NCBI GenBank assembly: GCA_963780185.1 | Contig: CAWABA010000006.1 | Span: 320,001 to 384,000, forward strand | Length of the DNA stretch: 64,000 nt | Source: Candidatus Bathyarchaeota archaeon | GTDB taxonomy: Archaea > Thermoproteota > Bathyarchaeia > Bathyarchaeales > Bathycorpusculaceae | Reading direction: 5' to 3' | In this document: one piece after another, positions 1 to 10,382 of the stretch | How positions within the stretch are numbered: the first letter of the stretch is position 1 | Layout of the letters: every line of letters starts with the position of its first letter | Made by a program: the position numbers and the translations under genes | The notes under the pieces: model-generated | Told to the model about the DNA's origin: nothing | The model's database searches: none | The model's input: only the letters and a program-made list of their open reading frames with translations

Positions 1-15
1 CTTGCTGAAGACATT

Positions 16-618
16 TTGCGGGGCGTCGACGAAATCGAGTCCCTAAGCAGCAGCGAAAAAGAAAACCGTTGCCAAATTACTCTAAAGACGACCGTGGATT
101 TAGATGAGCGCATGAAGCATTCGCGCCGCAGCACCCGCATTATCCCGCTGATTAAAGCCAGCACATCGCCCTACCAGCATGACGAACGAATTCCCGTCGT
201 GAAGTCGCCGCTGAAAGTGAAGGCACAGGTCATCCTTGACTGCATAGCCCAAATGAACCTCAAAGCCAAGGGCTTCAAAGAAACCGGCGGGCTCCATGAC
301 TCGGGCATTTTCAAGACAGACGGCACAATGGTGGCTTTCTCCGAGGATGTCGGCAGGCACAACACGGTTGACAAAGTCATCGGCGAAGCGTCCCTGAAAA
401 AAGAGGATTTCAGTCAGTGCTTCATGATTATTACGGGGCGGGTTCCTGGCGACATGATTTACAAGGCGGCGAAAGTCGGCTTGCCCATCGTGGCGTCGGT
501 TGCGGCTGTTCTTAACTCGGGAATTTCCTCAGCTGAGAAAGCCAACATCGCGCTGGTGGGCTTTGTTCGCGGAACACGCATGAACGTTTACACGGGTGCA
601 GAAAGGATAGTTCTGTAG
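16..618 (+). CDS. fdhD: Formate dehydrogenase accessory sulfurtransferase FdhD (probably 5'-truncated by the window edge)
   Basis: ETGGLH and EDVGRHNTVDKVIG motifs plus the TGRV...MIYKAA...PIVAS...LVGFVRG C-terminus typical of FdhD/NarQ. Confidence 0.92.
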   Translation: MRGVDEIESLSSSEKENRCQITLKTTVDLDERMKHSRRSTRIIPLIKASTSPYQHDERIPVVKSPLKVKAQVILDCIAQMNLKAKGFKETGGLHDSGIFKTDGTMVAFSEDVGRHNTVDKVIGEASLKKEDFSQCFMIITGRVPGDMIYKAAKVGLPIVASVAAVLNSGISSAEKANIALVGFVRGTRMNVYTGAERIVL

Positions 619-626
619 GTGCCCAA

Positions 627-1898
627 ATGATTAGACCCGACATTAAGAGACTGCCTAAACGCGGAGACCCGCTGGACGCGCAAAAACAGCTCCTAAAAGC
701 CGCCTGCAAAGCCAAACTGCATACGGAAGCTGTCCCACTGATGGAAGCCTTAGGCAGAGTCTTGTCGAAAGACGCATTCTCAGACATTAACATTCCAGCT
801 TACGACAAAACCTTCATAGACGGCTACGCAATCAACCCGCAAAAAACCACAGAAGCCTCCGTTGGCGCACCGGCGGCTTTCAAAGTTGTCGGTAAACTGT
901 TCCCAGCTGACTACCCGACCGCCGTGAAGGTGGGGCGTGGAGAAGCCGTTTACGTTGCCTGTGGAGCCCCAATCCCAAAAGGTGCGGCTGCAACGGTCAA
1001 AGTGGAGGAAACAAGGCTAAACGGCGACCAAATCCAAGTTCTTCGCCCAATCAAGTCTGGCGAAGGCATCATACCTCTAGGCGACGACCTCAAGAAAGGC
1101 ACTTTAATTCTGCGAAAAGGGCAGGTTCTGAGACCGCAAGACATAGGCTTGCTTGCCTCGGTCGGCATGGCTAAGGTTGAAGTTTTCAAGAAGCCAACAG
1201 TAGCCATTCTCTCTGGAGGAGACGAATTAATCAGGCAAACCCAGAAAAACCCCGAAAAAATCGCCAACAACTACGCGCTCGTAGTCTCGGGTTTGGCTTC
1301 TGAACTTGGCGCGTCAGCTTCCATGCTGGGAATTATGCCTGACTCCATGGATAAGGTGCAAGCCAAAATCGGTGAAGCCTTGACGCAGGCGGACATCGTC
1401 GTCACCATCGGCGGCTCTTCGGTCGGGGTGAAGGATTTTGTTCCAGACGCGGTAAATGCGCTTGGAAAACCCGGCGTTGTTGTGCAGGGCGTCTTGCTGC
1501 GTCCTGGCGCGGTTTCAGGCTTCGGCATCGTAGACGGCAAACCCGTCGTCATGTTGCCTGGGCACATCGGCTCATGCATCGCAGGCTTCTACCTCTTCGC
1601 AGCACCCCTAATCAGCATGTACGCGGGCGCAGAGTCAGCTGGGATGCAGCCGCACGTAACTGCCGAGTTAACTGAAGCGTTGGATTCGGGTCCGCAGTTC
1701 AGGTTCCTGCTTCTTCATCTGACACGCGGCGAAGGCAAGTTCTTGGCGGCGCCAGTTGAAGGCGGTTCAAGCGCGCTGTCAACCATCGTAAAATCAAACG
1801 GCTACACAATCGTTCCGCCGCACACGACGTTGCCGAAAGGCAGCAAAGTTGAAGTGCACTTGTTTGGGAAGCTGGAGTTTTCTGCGCTCGGCTTTTAG
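627..1898 (+). CDS. moeA: Molybdopterin molybdenumtransferase MoeA
   Basis: ALGRVL..D, DGYA, GAPIPKGA, SGGDEL, TIGGSSVGVKDFV and VVMLPG motifs; 423 aa. Confidence 0.93.
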   Translation: MIRPDIKRLPKRGDPLDAQKQLLKAACKAKLHTEAVPLMEALGRVLSKDAFSDINIPAYDKTFIDGYAINPQKTTEASVGAPAAFKVVGKLFPADYPTAVKVGRGEAVYVACGAPIPKGAAATVKVEETRLNGDQIQVLRPIKSGEGIIPLGDDLKKGTLILRKGQVLRPQDIGLLASVGMAKVEVFKKPTVAILSGGDELIRQTQKNPEKIANNYALVVSGLASELGASASMLGIMPDSMDKVQAKIGEALTQADIVVTIGGSSVGVKDFVPDAVNALGKPGVVVQGVLLRPGAVSGFGIVDGKPVVMLPGHIGSCIAGFYLFAAPLISMYAGAESAGMQPHVTAELTEALDSGPQFRFLLLHLTRGEGKFLAAPVEGGSSALSTIVKSNGYTIVPPHTTLPKGSKVEVHLFGKLEFSALGF

Positions 1899-2982
1899 GC
1901 TACTTTTGACGGGTAACGGTGGACATGGCTGTGCTTTCCCATAGCCCACGACTCGCACCACGCCTTGTCAGCTAACGCACGCTGAGCCAGCAGCATGCAA
2001 CGGTTCTCCTCAAACAATTCAGCCTCTAACCGATAATCGTCTGCAGCTTTGACAAAAGCGTCTTTGCCGTCAAAATCCACCTCAGCAGCCGCTTGGGGTC
2101 AGATTTTTGTTTGGAAAGTTTCAGCAAAGCTTCTCCTTGGCTTTCCCAACTCACAGCCGCCCAAAAACATGAGCGCGAGGCTTCAAAACTGCTGGCGCAC
2201 GAGGCAAAGGTGCCTGCTGCTTGGGAAAGTTTGTCTTCCTGAGCCATTCTGGCGCCGTCTCGCAAATGCTGCAAATCAGACATTGGAAAACTGCCTAGGT
2301 TCAGTTGCACGTTTTCTTTGACTGGGCCGTGGGCGCGGCGGGTTTGTAGTTGTTTGAGGTCTTCTTTGGAGTTGATGTTGATGAAGCTTCTGAGTTCGGG
2401 GTCAAGCGCCTTGATTTCGTTCACGGTGGAGACGAGCAGGGTTTTGCTGGCGCCTCTTTGGATGTCGTCTGAGCGTGGACGCTTAAGCATGCACAGCGTC
2501 TCGGTGATTTCTAACCCGGCTTTGCGCTCCAGCACTGTGAGCAGGGTTTCAAGGCGTCCGTTGGGCCACATTGGAGTAGCCACCTCAAAACCCTCGGCTT
2601 GCCTAAACAGGTAATCTGCGACTTTAGGCTGCAGAAAAGGCATGTCACAGGGCAAAGTGAGACAATAATCTGCCCCAACCTGCTTGAGCCCCGACATAAT
2701 TGCCACAGTGGGACCGCTGATATCGGCTTTTTCGTCAACCACAACCCGCACGGCTTCAAACCCATGCGCCTTGAGGACTCCAACGTAATTTGCCCCGCGT
2801 TGCCCATCACAAACACTTACCGCAACCTCGTCAACAACCCCCTGCACGTTTTCAACAGCATGAACCAGCAGAGGCTTACCAGAAAGGTTAGCGAGCGCCT
2901 TGTCTTCCCACACGTCTCCGCCTTTAACTTGGAAACGCCGGGCTTTTCCACCCGCCAATATGAGCGCAGCCCGTTTAGTCAA
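1895..2982 (-). CDS. mobA: Mo cofactor guanylyltransferase MobA with a helical C-terminal extension (frameshift near 2090 joins ORFs 2026..2982 and 1895..2080)
   Basis: LILAGGKARRF, DKAL, GKPLL, PCDMPFL and SFININSKEDL motifs; the downstream ORF continues the helical tail. Confidence 0.85.
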
Positions 2983-2994
2983 GCAGTTTTCTCC

Positions 2995-3578
2995 TTAGTC
3001 CGCGGCTTTTGCGGTGGGTTTTGTTTTGGCGAGGTGGTTTTTGATTAGGTCAACGAGTTTTTGTCCGTCTTCCGGAATTTTGATTATGGGTATGCTGCGG
3101 AACGTTGTGCTGGTTGAGTTTTTGGCTGCGACGCCTGCAATCGCGATGATTGGCTCCACGGTGCCTTCTAGCGTCTGCATGAGTCCTTCTTCGTCTTTGG
3201 CAGTGACGATTTTGGGGACGTCTGCTCTTTTGGCGATTAAGCTGTGGAAGCCTTCGATGAAAACCACATCCAGCTTCTCATGTTCAAGCAACGCGATTAT
3301 TTTGTCGAGGTCGTTGAGCGCCATCTGGGTTTTTTTTATGATGTCTATTTCTTCAGGCGAAATGGCGACGATGACTTTGGCTCCTGCCTTGGCGTAGCGC
3401 CACGTGTTCGTGCCCTCCTTATCCATAGTGAAGCCCATGTGATGAACATGCTTAATCGACCCAACCTGATAGCCCTCCGCTGACAGACGAGAAATCAGGT
3501 ACTCTAACGTAACTGTCTTTCCTGAACCGCTTACCCCAACCGCGGCAACAACTAAAACCGTACAACATCACGCTCCAT
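2995..3578 (-). CDS. mobB: Molybdopterin-guanine dinucleotide biosynthesis protein MobB (copy 1; start region frameshifted)
   Basis: Reading upstream of ORF 2995..3438 in frame gives VLVVAAVGVSGSGKTVT...GSIKHVHH (P-loop), then DKEGTNTWR..AGA and IEGF; the ATG at 3578 is one base out of frame. Confidence 0.85.
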
Positions 3579-3662
3579 TTGAAAAAGCTGCCTGCTTGGT
3601 TTTATAAATTGTGCTTGACTTCGCAGTTTTAGGCGCAAACGAAAAAGTACTTCCTCTGAAGT

Positions 3663-4606
3663 TTAGCATACGTATATCTCTGCTACAAACTTAACCCAGT
3701 ATTGCCCCCACTTGTATTCAGGTGTCGGCGCAAAGATTCTGAAAGGTCCGCCTTGACTTGTCGGTAGGTGTTGTCCGTTTTCTTGGTAGCCAAGTAGCAT
3801 TGCTCCGTCTCTAACTTGGGCTAACGTGAAGTTTTGTTCGTAGCCGTCGATGCCGATGAAGCAGACTTTGCTGGCTTGGCTGGAAGCTTTTGCTGCTTGA
3901 AGAATATTTAAGATCGGTATACCCGTCCAGTCTGCGGTCACGTTGGGTGCATCTCCAGGTCTGAATTCTCCGTTCAGCGTTTGTGATTGAAAAGCAGTGA
4001 TGTTTTTCCCAGTAATTACAAGCGGATTCGCTACGTCGCCCGTGACTCGAGACAGTCCACTGGTTACTTTGGATTTTTGCGACTTGCTCAACTTGGAAAT
4101 TGCCTGCAAAGTGTGGCGCGATAAGTTTTACTGGGCCCCCATTTTGACTGGTTATCCATTGACCGTTTTTTATGAATGCAAGCACAATCACATTATAACT
4201 GTAGCTGTAAGGGAAGTAGGTGCTGTTCCATGCTTGAAAAGTGCTTAGGGTTGCCGATTGCCCTTTTGCGCCGATTATGTTTAAGGGTCCAGCATCCCAC
4301 GAAATTCCTGTCTGGTTACAGAACTCGGAGAGCGAAACTCCGCAGTAAGTGGCGTTTTCGCTTTTCACGATTACGTCTGTTAGCGGCATTTTTGATATTT
4401 GGTTTAGCGTCAAAGTTTTTTCTTGGCTGACGTCGCCTGTGACTTCAATTTGCCATTGGGGAATGGCACCCACTGGCAGCGTCAACTCGTTTTTGTTTGA
4501 CTGCGAATTGTTTCCTATTATTTTGCCGTAGTAGAGTGAGGTGAAGGCTGCCTAGGACAATTATTGTGGCTATGGTTATGGTGAGAATTTTTGTTGTTTT
4601 CTTCAT
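3663..4606 (-). CDS. Membrane-anchored protein with two sulfite-oxidase/MsrP-fold (Oxidored_molyb-like) domains lacking the catalytic Cys (frameshifted, 3 ORF pieces)
   Basis: N-terminal MKKTTKILTITIATIIVLGSL anchor; WQIEVTGDV, GGPVKLIAP, WTGIPI..IL, GIDGY, GGPFRIFAP and WVKFVAEI motifs. Confidence 0.75.
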
Positions 4607-4650
4607 TTTTTCGCTTCTTGTTTGTTGCTTAGTTCTTTTTTCTTGGCTAA

Positions 4651-4674
4651 CGATATGATTTAATAGTAACATCG
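4651..4674. promoter_or_regulatory. ModE-like operator palindrome 1 (CGATATGA-TTTAATAG-TAACATCG)
   Basis: 24-bp imperfect palindrome between the divergent starts at 4606(-) and 4732(+); matches three other copies. Confidence 0.8.
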
Positions 4675-4731
4675 GATTGTTAGTTAATTTCAAACTAAAA
4701 AGCCTACCGCTCCAGCTTGGAAGAAGACAAT

Positions 4732-5777
4732 ATGAAAAATCATGCATTAACCTGTATTTCAGTCTTAGTATTAACCACTTTTTTAGCCGCTTCATTCGCC
4801 GCACCATCAGCCCAACCTGCTTTGCCAACGCAGACGCAAATTCAAGTTTTTCAATAGTCTGGATAACCGACACCCAGTACCTTTCAGAAAGCTACCCCGC
4901 ATACTTTGACAATTTATGCCAATGGATCGTTAACAACAAAGAAACCTACAACGTGCAAATGGTGATTCACACAGGCGACATCGTCAACGACGAAGCAAAC
5001 CAAACAGAATGGGCAAACGCGAACGAGTCAATGAGCATACTCCTAAACAACAATGTTCCCTACTGCTGGGACGCTGGAAACCACGATTACGACGTAACAT
5101 GCTGGATAGGCAACCAGTTTACAGCTTTTAACCCACAAGTAATGCAGTCGAAAACGTACTGGGTCGGCGACGACTTCGACGGCATGAACACAGCAGTTCA
5201 CTTTAACGTTAACGGTTGGGATTGCTTAGTAGTAAACATCGCATACCACGCTAACGATTCAGTGCTGGCTTGGGCGAACAACCTCTTGGACGCCTACCCG
5301 CAATCTCATGTCATCGTGGCAACTCATGCATTCATTAATCAACAGTGCAGTTACGATTCTTGGGCGCTAAACTTCAAAAAAACGGTTCTCGATACCCACC
5401 CCAACGTCTTCTTGACCCTAAACGGCCATTATCATCCTGCCGCGGGAAACCGGACAGAAGTCAACGGTCGCTACGAGTTGCTTTTTAACCAGCAGGATGC
5501 CGACGTCGAAAGGGGTGCTGACACCGCGAGAATTCTAACTTTTAACATCGGAACAGGCACAATAAATGTACAAACTTACAACCAACTCACAAACCAGTTT
5601 CTACAAGACCCAACCAACAACTTCACGTTAACGACCAGCTTTCGCGGCAACTCTGAAGGCGGAGGTGTCCCAGAATTTCCAGCTAATACTTTTCTGGTAA
5701 TTCTTTTGTCAGCTTCTGCCCTTTGCCTGGTTGCTGTAGGTGGGAAGCCGAAATTGAAAATCTTGTCAGAGTCATAG
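4732..5777 (+). CDS. Secreted calcineurin-like metallophosphoesterase with a C-terminal PEF-CTERM-type sorting signal (signal peptide frameshifted)
   Basis: DTQ, HTGDIV, AGNHD, ATH and LNGHYH metallophosphoesterase motifs; VPEFP + TM + basic tail; ATG 4732 gives signal peptide MKNHALTCISVLVLTTFLAASFA in another frame. Confidence 0.85.
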
Positions 5778-5860
5778 GCTAGACACCGTTAAAGTTTTTG
5801 GCGATTTGTTTGGCTTTCTTGTTTTTTGGTTTTTGAAATGGATGACTGTCAAACTAACCC

Positions 5861-5884
5861 CGATATGATTATATAGTCATATCG
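5861..5884. promoter_or_regulatory. ModE-like operator palindrome 2 (CGATATGA-TTATATAG-TCATATCG)
   Basis: Perfect 8-bp inverted arms with an 8-bp spacer, 28 bp upstream of ATG 5913. Confidence 0.85.
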
Positions 5885-5912
5885 ATAAAATTCGTGCCTG
5901 AAGGAAAATTAA

Positions 5913-7487
5913 ATGACATCTCAACTCAAAAATAGCAAATTTAACAAAAATATCTTAGCAGCCATAATAATTATAATAATCGTCGTCGCATCGGCATCAG
6001 CAGCGGCAGTATACGTTATATCACAAAAGTCGCCAGCCTCTAAAATTACGCTTCCGTCTATGTCTCTTACAGTTAAAGGCGCTGACGATCAACAAAAAGT
6101 CTTAACCCAAACAGACATTGCAGCCATGCAGCCTTATACAGGTAAAGGCGGATTCGAAACCAGCGGCGGATTGATCTCCGAAACAGGCACCTACACTGGC
6201 GTGCAAATAACAGCCTTTTTGAACCTCGTCGGTGGAATGACAAGTTCTCAAACGTTGAACGTGACGGCTTCAGACGGCTACTCAATTCTTTTCACATACA
6301 ATCAAGTCAACGGACAAGACCTCACCACATTCAGCCCAGTAACAGGAAACGCAGCAAATCCAACGCAATCCTTGGCAATGGTCTTAGCCTATTCGGTAAA
6401 CGGAACACTATTCCCCTCGGATCAAGGGCCACTGCGACTTGTTGTCTTGGGTTCCGAAGGTCTTCTAATTCCAGGCCATTACTCAGTAAAAATGGTAACT
6501 GGATTGCAAGTCAAGGGAACCGCTTCACCGACACCCACCCCCACAAGTTCCCCAACAGCTTCTCCTACACCAACAGCATCGCCTACCCCAACAGCCACCC
6601 CCACAGCTACTCCAACCCCAGCTCCATGGAGCATCGTATTTAACGGCACGGCAGCAGTAGCAATGTCTGAAGCAACATTTGCAACTCAAGTTACCCAGAA
6701 CACCACAACTTACAATGACGGCGTAACCAACTGGAGTGGAACGCCTCTGCAGCAGCTTGTAGTGTGGGCTGAAAACAACGGAGTCATAAGCAGCAGCGCC
6801 TTGGCTCAAGGTTACGTTGTTGAAGTTATAGGTTCAGACGGATACACTAAAGCCTTCAATGAAAGCCGCATAGGCGCAAACAACCTCCTAATCGCAAACA
6901 CCGCCAATGGCTCAGCACTCACAGGCAGCAACGCTCCGTTGACGCTCGCAGGCGCAAGCTTAGCCAATAACGAGAAAGTCGGGAAAATTGCCCAAATCCT
7001 AATCCTGCCTATTCAAGATTGCAGTGTAACTGTTGTTGGCGCCAACGGCAATCAGGTGACGTTGTTCTCAAATGACATTGCGTTGATGCCTTCGGTTACT
7101 TACACGGGCGGCTCTTACAAGAGCAGCTCAGGAGTATTCAACAACGGCAGCTATACAGGCGTGACGCTTCAGTCACTTTGCAACTTGGTCGGCGGAGTCA
7201 CGAGCAGTAACAGCATTAAAATCACGGGTTCTGACGGCTACAATGTTACATACACTTATGCTGAAGTTGCAAGCGGAACTGGCTTCTCTACGTTTGATGG
7301 CTCAGGAAACTCGGCGACTCCAACACAGCCACTATACCTCATATTAGCTTACTGGCTCAACGGCGCAAACTTGCCCGATGGAGTAAACGGCAGCGGACCA
7401 TTGAAGACCATGGTAGTCGGCGCAAACGCATTAAACACACCAGGCAACATCGCAGCAAAATACGTTGTCCTACTAACCATAAGCTAA
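5913..7487 (+). CDS. Membrane-anchored extracellular protein with three Cys-less sulfite-oxidase-fold domains and a Pro/Thr linker
   Basis: N-terminal TM; three repeats of [YW][TS]G...(A/G)SDGY...G..L...(G/A)PL.L; PTPT linker. Confidence 0.78.
   Translation: MTSQLKNSKFNKNILAAIIIIIIVVASASAAAVYVISQKSPASKITLPSMSLTVKGADDQQKVLTQTDIAAMQPYTGKGGFETSGGLISETGTYTGVQITAFLNLVGGMTSSQTLNVTASDGYSILFTYNQVNGQDLTTFSPVTGNAANPTQSLAMVLAYSVNGTLFPSDQGPLRLVVLGSEGLLIPGHYSVKMVTGLQVKGTASPTPTPTSSPTASPTPTASPTPTATPTATPTPAPWSIVFNGTAAVAMSEATFATQVTQNTTTYNDGVTNWSGTPLQQLVVWAENNGVISSSALAQGYVVEVIGSDGYTKAFNESRIGANNLLIANTANGSALTGSNAPLTLAGASLANNEKVGKIAQILILPIQDCSVTVVGANGNQVTLFSNDIALMPSVTYTGGSYKSSSGVFNNGSYTGVTLQSLCNLVGGVTSSNSIKITGSDGYNVTYTYAEVASGTGFSTFDGSGNSATPTQPLYLILAYWLNGANLPDGVNGSGPLKTMVVGANALNTPGNIAAKYVVLLTIS
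6520..6625 (+). repeat. Pro/Thr-rich linker coding repeat (TASPTPTPTSSPTASPTPT...)
   Basis: Degenerate tandem codons encoding PT repeats between domains 1 and 2. Confidence 0.8.
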
Positions 7488-7626
7488 GACAAAACCGTTA
7501 ATTCAGCTTTTAATCGCTGAAACCACCTTTTTTCTTTATTAAAAAACGACTTAAGCAATTCTACAATTGAGTTTGGCAGAAATCGGGTTCAATGGGTTAA
7601 GTTAAGAAAACGGGGATTAACACTTT

Positions 7627-8130
7627 CTAGCTGACTTTTATTACGGCGACGCCTTTGACCCATCTCTGCGCGTACTGGTCGGTGCCTAAGATGAGTCTGA
7701 GTGGTCCTTCTCCGCCGTTTTTGAGCGGCGTCAAAGGTGAGCCGTTTCTGGCGTAGGCGATAAGGGTGGTTTGGTTCATTGCGTCCTGCATTGAGAGGGT
7801 TTCTCCGTAGCCATCTGACGCTTGAATGAAGACTGAAGTGGCGTTAGACGATGCTTTGGCTTGTTTTAGTAGCGTTGAAAGCAGGACTCCTGTGTAGTTG
7901 TAGGCGCCGTTTTGCGAGGGGTCGCCGCTTGAGATGAGCGTGGCTCGAATAGTTAGTGCCGTTTCTGATTTTATTTGGCTCAGGGTAACGTTCATGGGTT
8001 TTTTTACGTTTCCCGTGATTTCTATCGTTCCGAACTGGGTCGCAGGCGGACGCGTGTAGTAGTACAGCGGTATGGATGCGGCGACTAAGATAATCATGGC
8101 TGCAATGGCAATTTTCGTTGCTTTTTTCAT
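7627..8130 (-). CDS. Membrane-anchored single sulfite-oxidase-fold domain protein lacking the catalytic Cys
   Basis: MKKATKIAIAAMIILVAA anchor; IEITGNV, YTGVLLSTLL, QASDGY, GEGPLRLIL and RWVKGV motifs; no Cys in the protein. Confidence 0.8.
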   Translation of the reverse strand: MKKATKIAIAAMIILVAASIPLYYYTRPPATQFGTIEITGNVKKPMNVTLSQIKSETALTIRATLISSGDPSQNGAYNYTGVLLSTLLKQAKASSNATSVFIQASDGYGETLSMQDAMNQTTLIAYARNGSPLTPLKNGGEGPLRLILGTDQYAQRWVKGVAVIKVS

Positions 8131-8738
8131 GTTTTCACCCTGTTAAGATGGTTGTTGCTTTGGTTCAAAGTTGAATTTCCTCCAAAACCGATTTTTCTGA
8201 CTCTGACAAGAAGCATGTTTGCGATGAACCCGCCTACTCCGCCGCTTATCCCTGCAACCACTGCTAAAAACGAAAGTAAAATTAACGGTGAGACAAGGAT
8301 CAACGAGGCAACTAAGACGGTTCCAACGGCGTTGGCAATTGCTGAGGCGCCGATGCAGCAACCCGCGCAGCATGCTTTGTGTCTTGAGAGCAGAAAAAAC
8401 GCGTCTATGGCTAAGCCTGGTCCAAGGTAAATGACGAAAGACAGAAGCCCGAAGTTGCCGAAAGGCATCACTAAACTGATGAAGGCCTGTATAAGCGAAG
8501 TCATCGTTGCAGCCCCAGGTTTGCGCACCAAACCAAACGCCATCACTGGCCACATCATATAGAGTCCGCCTGCAACTGCGCCTGCTGGAATGAAGAATGG
8601 CTCGGTTATGGTGGCGGCGAGGGGGTGAATGATGTTTTTTGTTGCGATTCCTAAGCTTGCAAAAAGCGACATTAGAACAAGGTCAACGGTGGCGATTTTT
8701 AGGTTGGCTCCGTACATGGTTTGGTTTGTTCGTTTCAT
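8127..8738 (-). CDS. ECF transporter S component (YkoE/ABC_cobalt-like)
   Basis: About six TM helices; DLVLMSLFASLG, GLVRKPGAATMTSLIQA and GISGGVGG patterns; overlaps the next gene by 4 bp. Confidence 0.8.
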   Translation of the reverse strand: MKRTNQTMYGANLKIATVDLVLMSLFASLGIATKNIIHPLAATITEPFFIPAGAVAGGLYMMWPVMAFGLVRKPGAATMTSLIQAFISLVMPFGNFGLLSFVIYLGPGLAIDAFFLLSRHKACCAGCCIGASAIANAVGTVLVASLILVSPLILLSFLAVVAGISGGVGGFIANMLLVRVRKIGFGGNSTLNQSNNHLNRVKT

Positions 8739-8748
8739 TCCCTCGCCC

Positions 8749-8772
8749 CGATGTTACCGTATTGTAACATCG
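8749..8772. promoter_or_regulatory. ModE-like operator palindrome 3 (CGATGTTA-CCGTATTG-TAACATCG)
   Basis: Perfect 9-bp inverted arms, about 10 bp upstream of the ECF S-component start. Confidence 0.85.
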
Positions 8773-8935
8773 ACTGAATTAACGCCTTTCCCTAAAAAAC
8801 TTAGCCGCCGAAACTCCTCAAAATACTTGACGAACCATGAAAAGCCGAGCACAGCTTAAACTTTTATCCCTTAACTCAAATTCGCCTGAAGAACTATGAT
8901 TTTGCCATAGTTTTAAATTAAACCCCACCTTAACC

Positions 8936-10354
8936 ATGTTCCAACCCAAACAAACCCAGCTGAATTTAATGACCCACAACCTGCTCAACAAAAGAATTGC
9001 TGCGCCCAAACGTGTCAAGATTGCTAGTCTGAGCGCTATCCCTGAGGTTAATGGGAAAAGTGATTCTTCAAAGCAGAGTCATCTGCATTTTGGCAGAAAA
9101 GCCAAGTTTGCGGTGGCAATCGCTATCGCAGCTATCCTGCTTGTTTCATTTTTTGTTGGGATTTCCAGTTCAAACTCTCAGCTAGGGCGGTGGATGGGAA
9201 TTGACTATGTTCCCGCAGGCTTTCACGAGGGCAATTTAGGTTTCGTTGTTTCGGGTCAACCCGTCAATGAATCCGTTTGGCTCGGGGTAGCGGCAAACGC
9301 GTGGGCGTATTTTCAACCCGGCGTAGGCGTTGACGCAAACACTGGGCTTCCGTATGCTTCAGGCACAAATTTTAAGCCTTTTACCTCTTGGGATTTAGGG
9401 GTTTACATCCAGGCGGTGCTTGACGCTCAGAAACTTGGGCTTATAAAAGCGGGCGGCGCGTGGGGTTCAACTGCGCGGATTGCGAAGGTCATGAGTTTTC
9501 TTGAGAATCGACCCTTGAACCCGAAAACGGGTTACCCCTACTGGTATTACGATGCGACAAACGGGCAAGATTACCCTGCGATGTCGGATAAGGCAACAGG
9601 CATCGTTGACGGGGCTGACACGGGGAGGCTGTTTTTGGCTCTTAGCCATCTCAGAGACTACGACAGCAGTTTAGCGCCAAGGATAGACTACATTGTTTAT
9701 AACCAGAGTGACTACGCGGCGTTGCTGCCAAGCGTCGAGAGAGACACCGCATCAAACAACGTCTACTCCTACTACATAGACAGCGGCTACGCATGCTTTT
9801 GGCCCCAAGTCAGCTACGTTCCAGACCAAACCATGGAAAACCTTGCCCAAATGAACAAAGTCACCACATGCGGCGTCTTATTGCCAAACGCCACAATAAC
9901 CACCGAGCCATTGCTGTGCGCAATCTTCGAAATCAACAACACCAACACCGAACTAAACGCCCTGACGAAGCAAGTTTACCTTGCCCACCAAGCCTACTAC
10001 AACTCAACAGGCAAGTACGTTGCCTTCAGCGAAGGAAACTCCTTTACAAGCCAATACCTCTACGAATGGGTAGTCGCCCCCAACGGCCAGACATGGAAAA
10101 TAACCAGCACCACCCCCAACATATACCTAAACATAAACCCCATAATCTACACCAAAGTAGCCTTCAGCTTCCTCGCACTCTACAACACCACCTTCGCCCA
10201 AAACATAGTTGTCTACCTCCAAAACATGATTCCTAACCCCTCCTCAAACGGGTACAGCGACGGCGCAAACAGCAGCGGACAGTGCATTCCAGGCACAGGC
10301 TGCAACACCAACGGCTTAATTTTAGACGCCGCCCTCTACGCCATTCAGAACTAA
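8936..10354 (+). CDS. DUF3131-domain membrane-anchored protein (putative (alpha/alpha)6 glycoside hydrolase-like)
   Basis: AWAYF...TGLP...TSWDLGVYIQAVLDAQKLGLI and ADTGRLFLAL motifs, NTNGLILDAALY end; N-terminal TM. Confidence 0.7.
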   Translation: MFQPKQTQLNLMTHNLLNKRIAAPKRVKIASLSAIPEVNGKSDSSKQSHLHFGRKAKFAVAIAIAAILLVSFFVGISSSNSQLGRWMGIDYVPAGFHEGNLGFVVSGQPVNESVWLGVAANAWAYFQPGVGVDANTGLPYASGTNFKPFTSWDLGVYIQAVLDAQKLGLIKAGGAWGSTARIAKVMSFLENRPLNPKTGYPYWYYDATNGQDYPAMSDKATGIVDGADTGRLFLALSHLRDYDSSLAPRIDYIVYNQSDYAALLPSVERDTASNNVYSYYIDSGYACFWPQVSYVPDQTMENLAQMNKVTTCGVLLPNATITTEPLLCAIFEINNTNTELNALTKQVYLAHQAYYNSTGKYVAFSEGNSFTSQYLYEWVVAPNGQTWKITSTTPNIYLNINPIIYTKVAFSFLALYNTTFAQNIVVYLQNMIPNPSSNGYSDGANSSGQCIPGTGCNTNGLILDAALYAIQN

Positions 10355-10382
10355 TATATGGCTCGTCCCTGTATGAGGCAGG

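Noticed and set aside
3663-8130. Annotation of the SUOX-fold proteins as active sulfite oxidase/MsrP enzymes
   Set aside because: No Mo-ligating Cys, no Tat signal and no MsrQ/cytochrome partner
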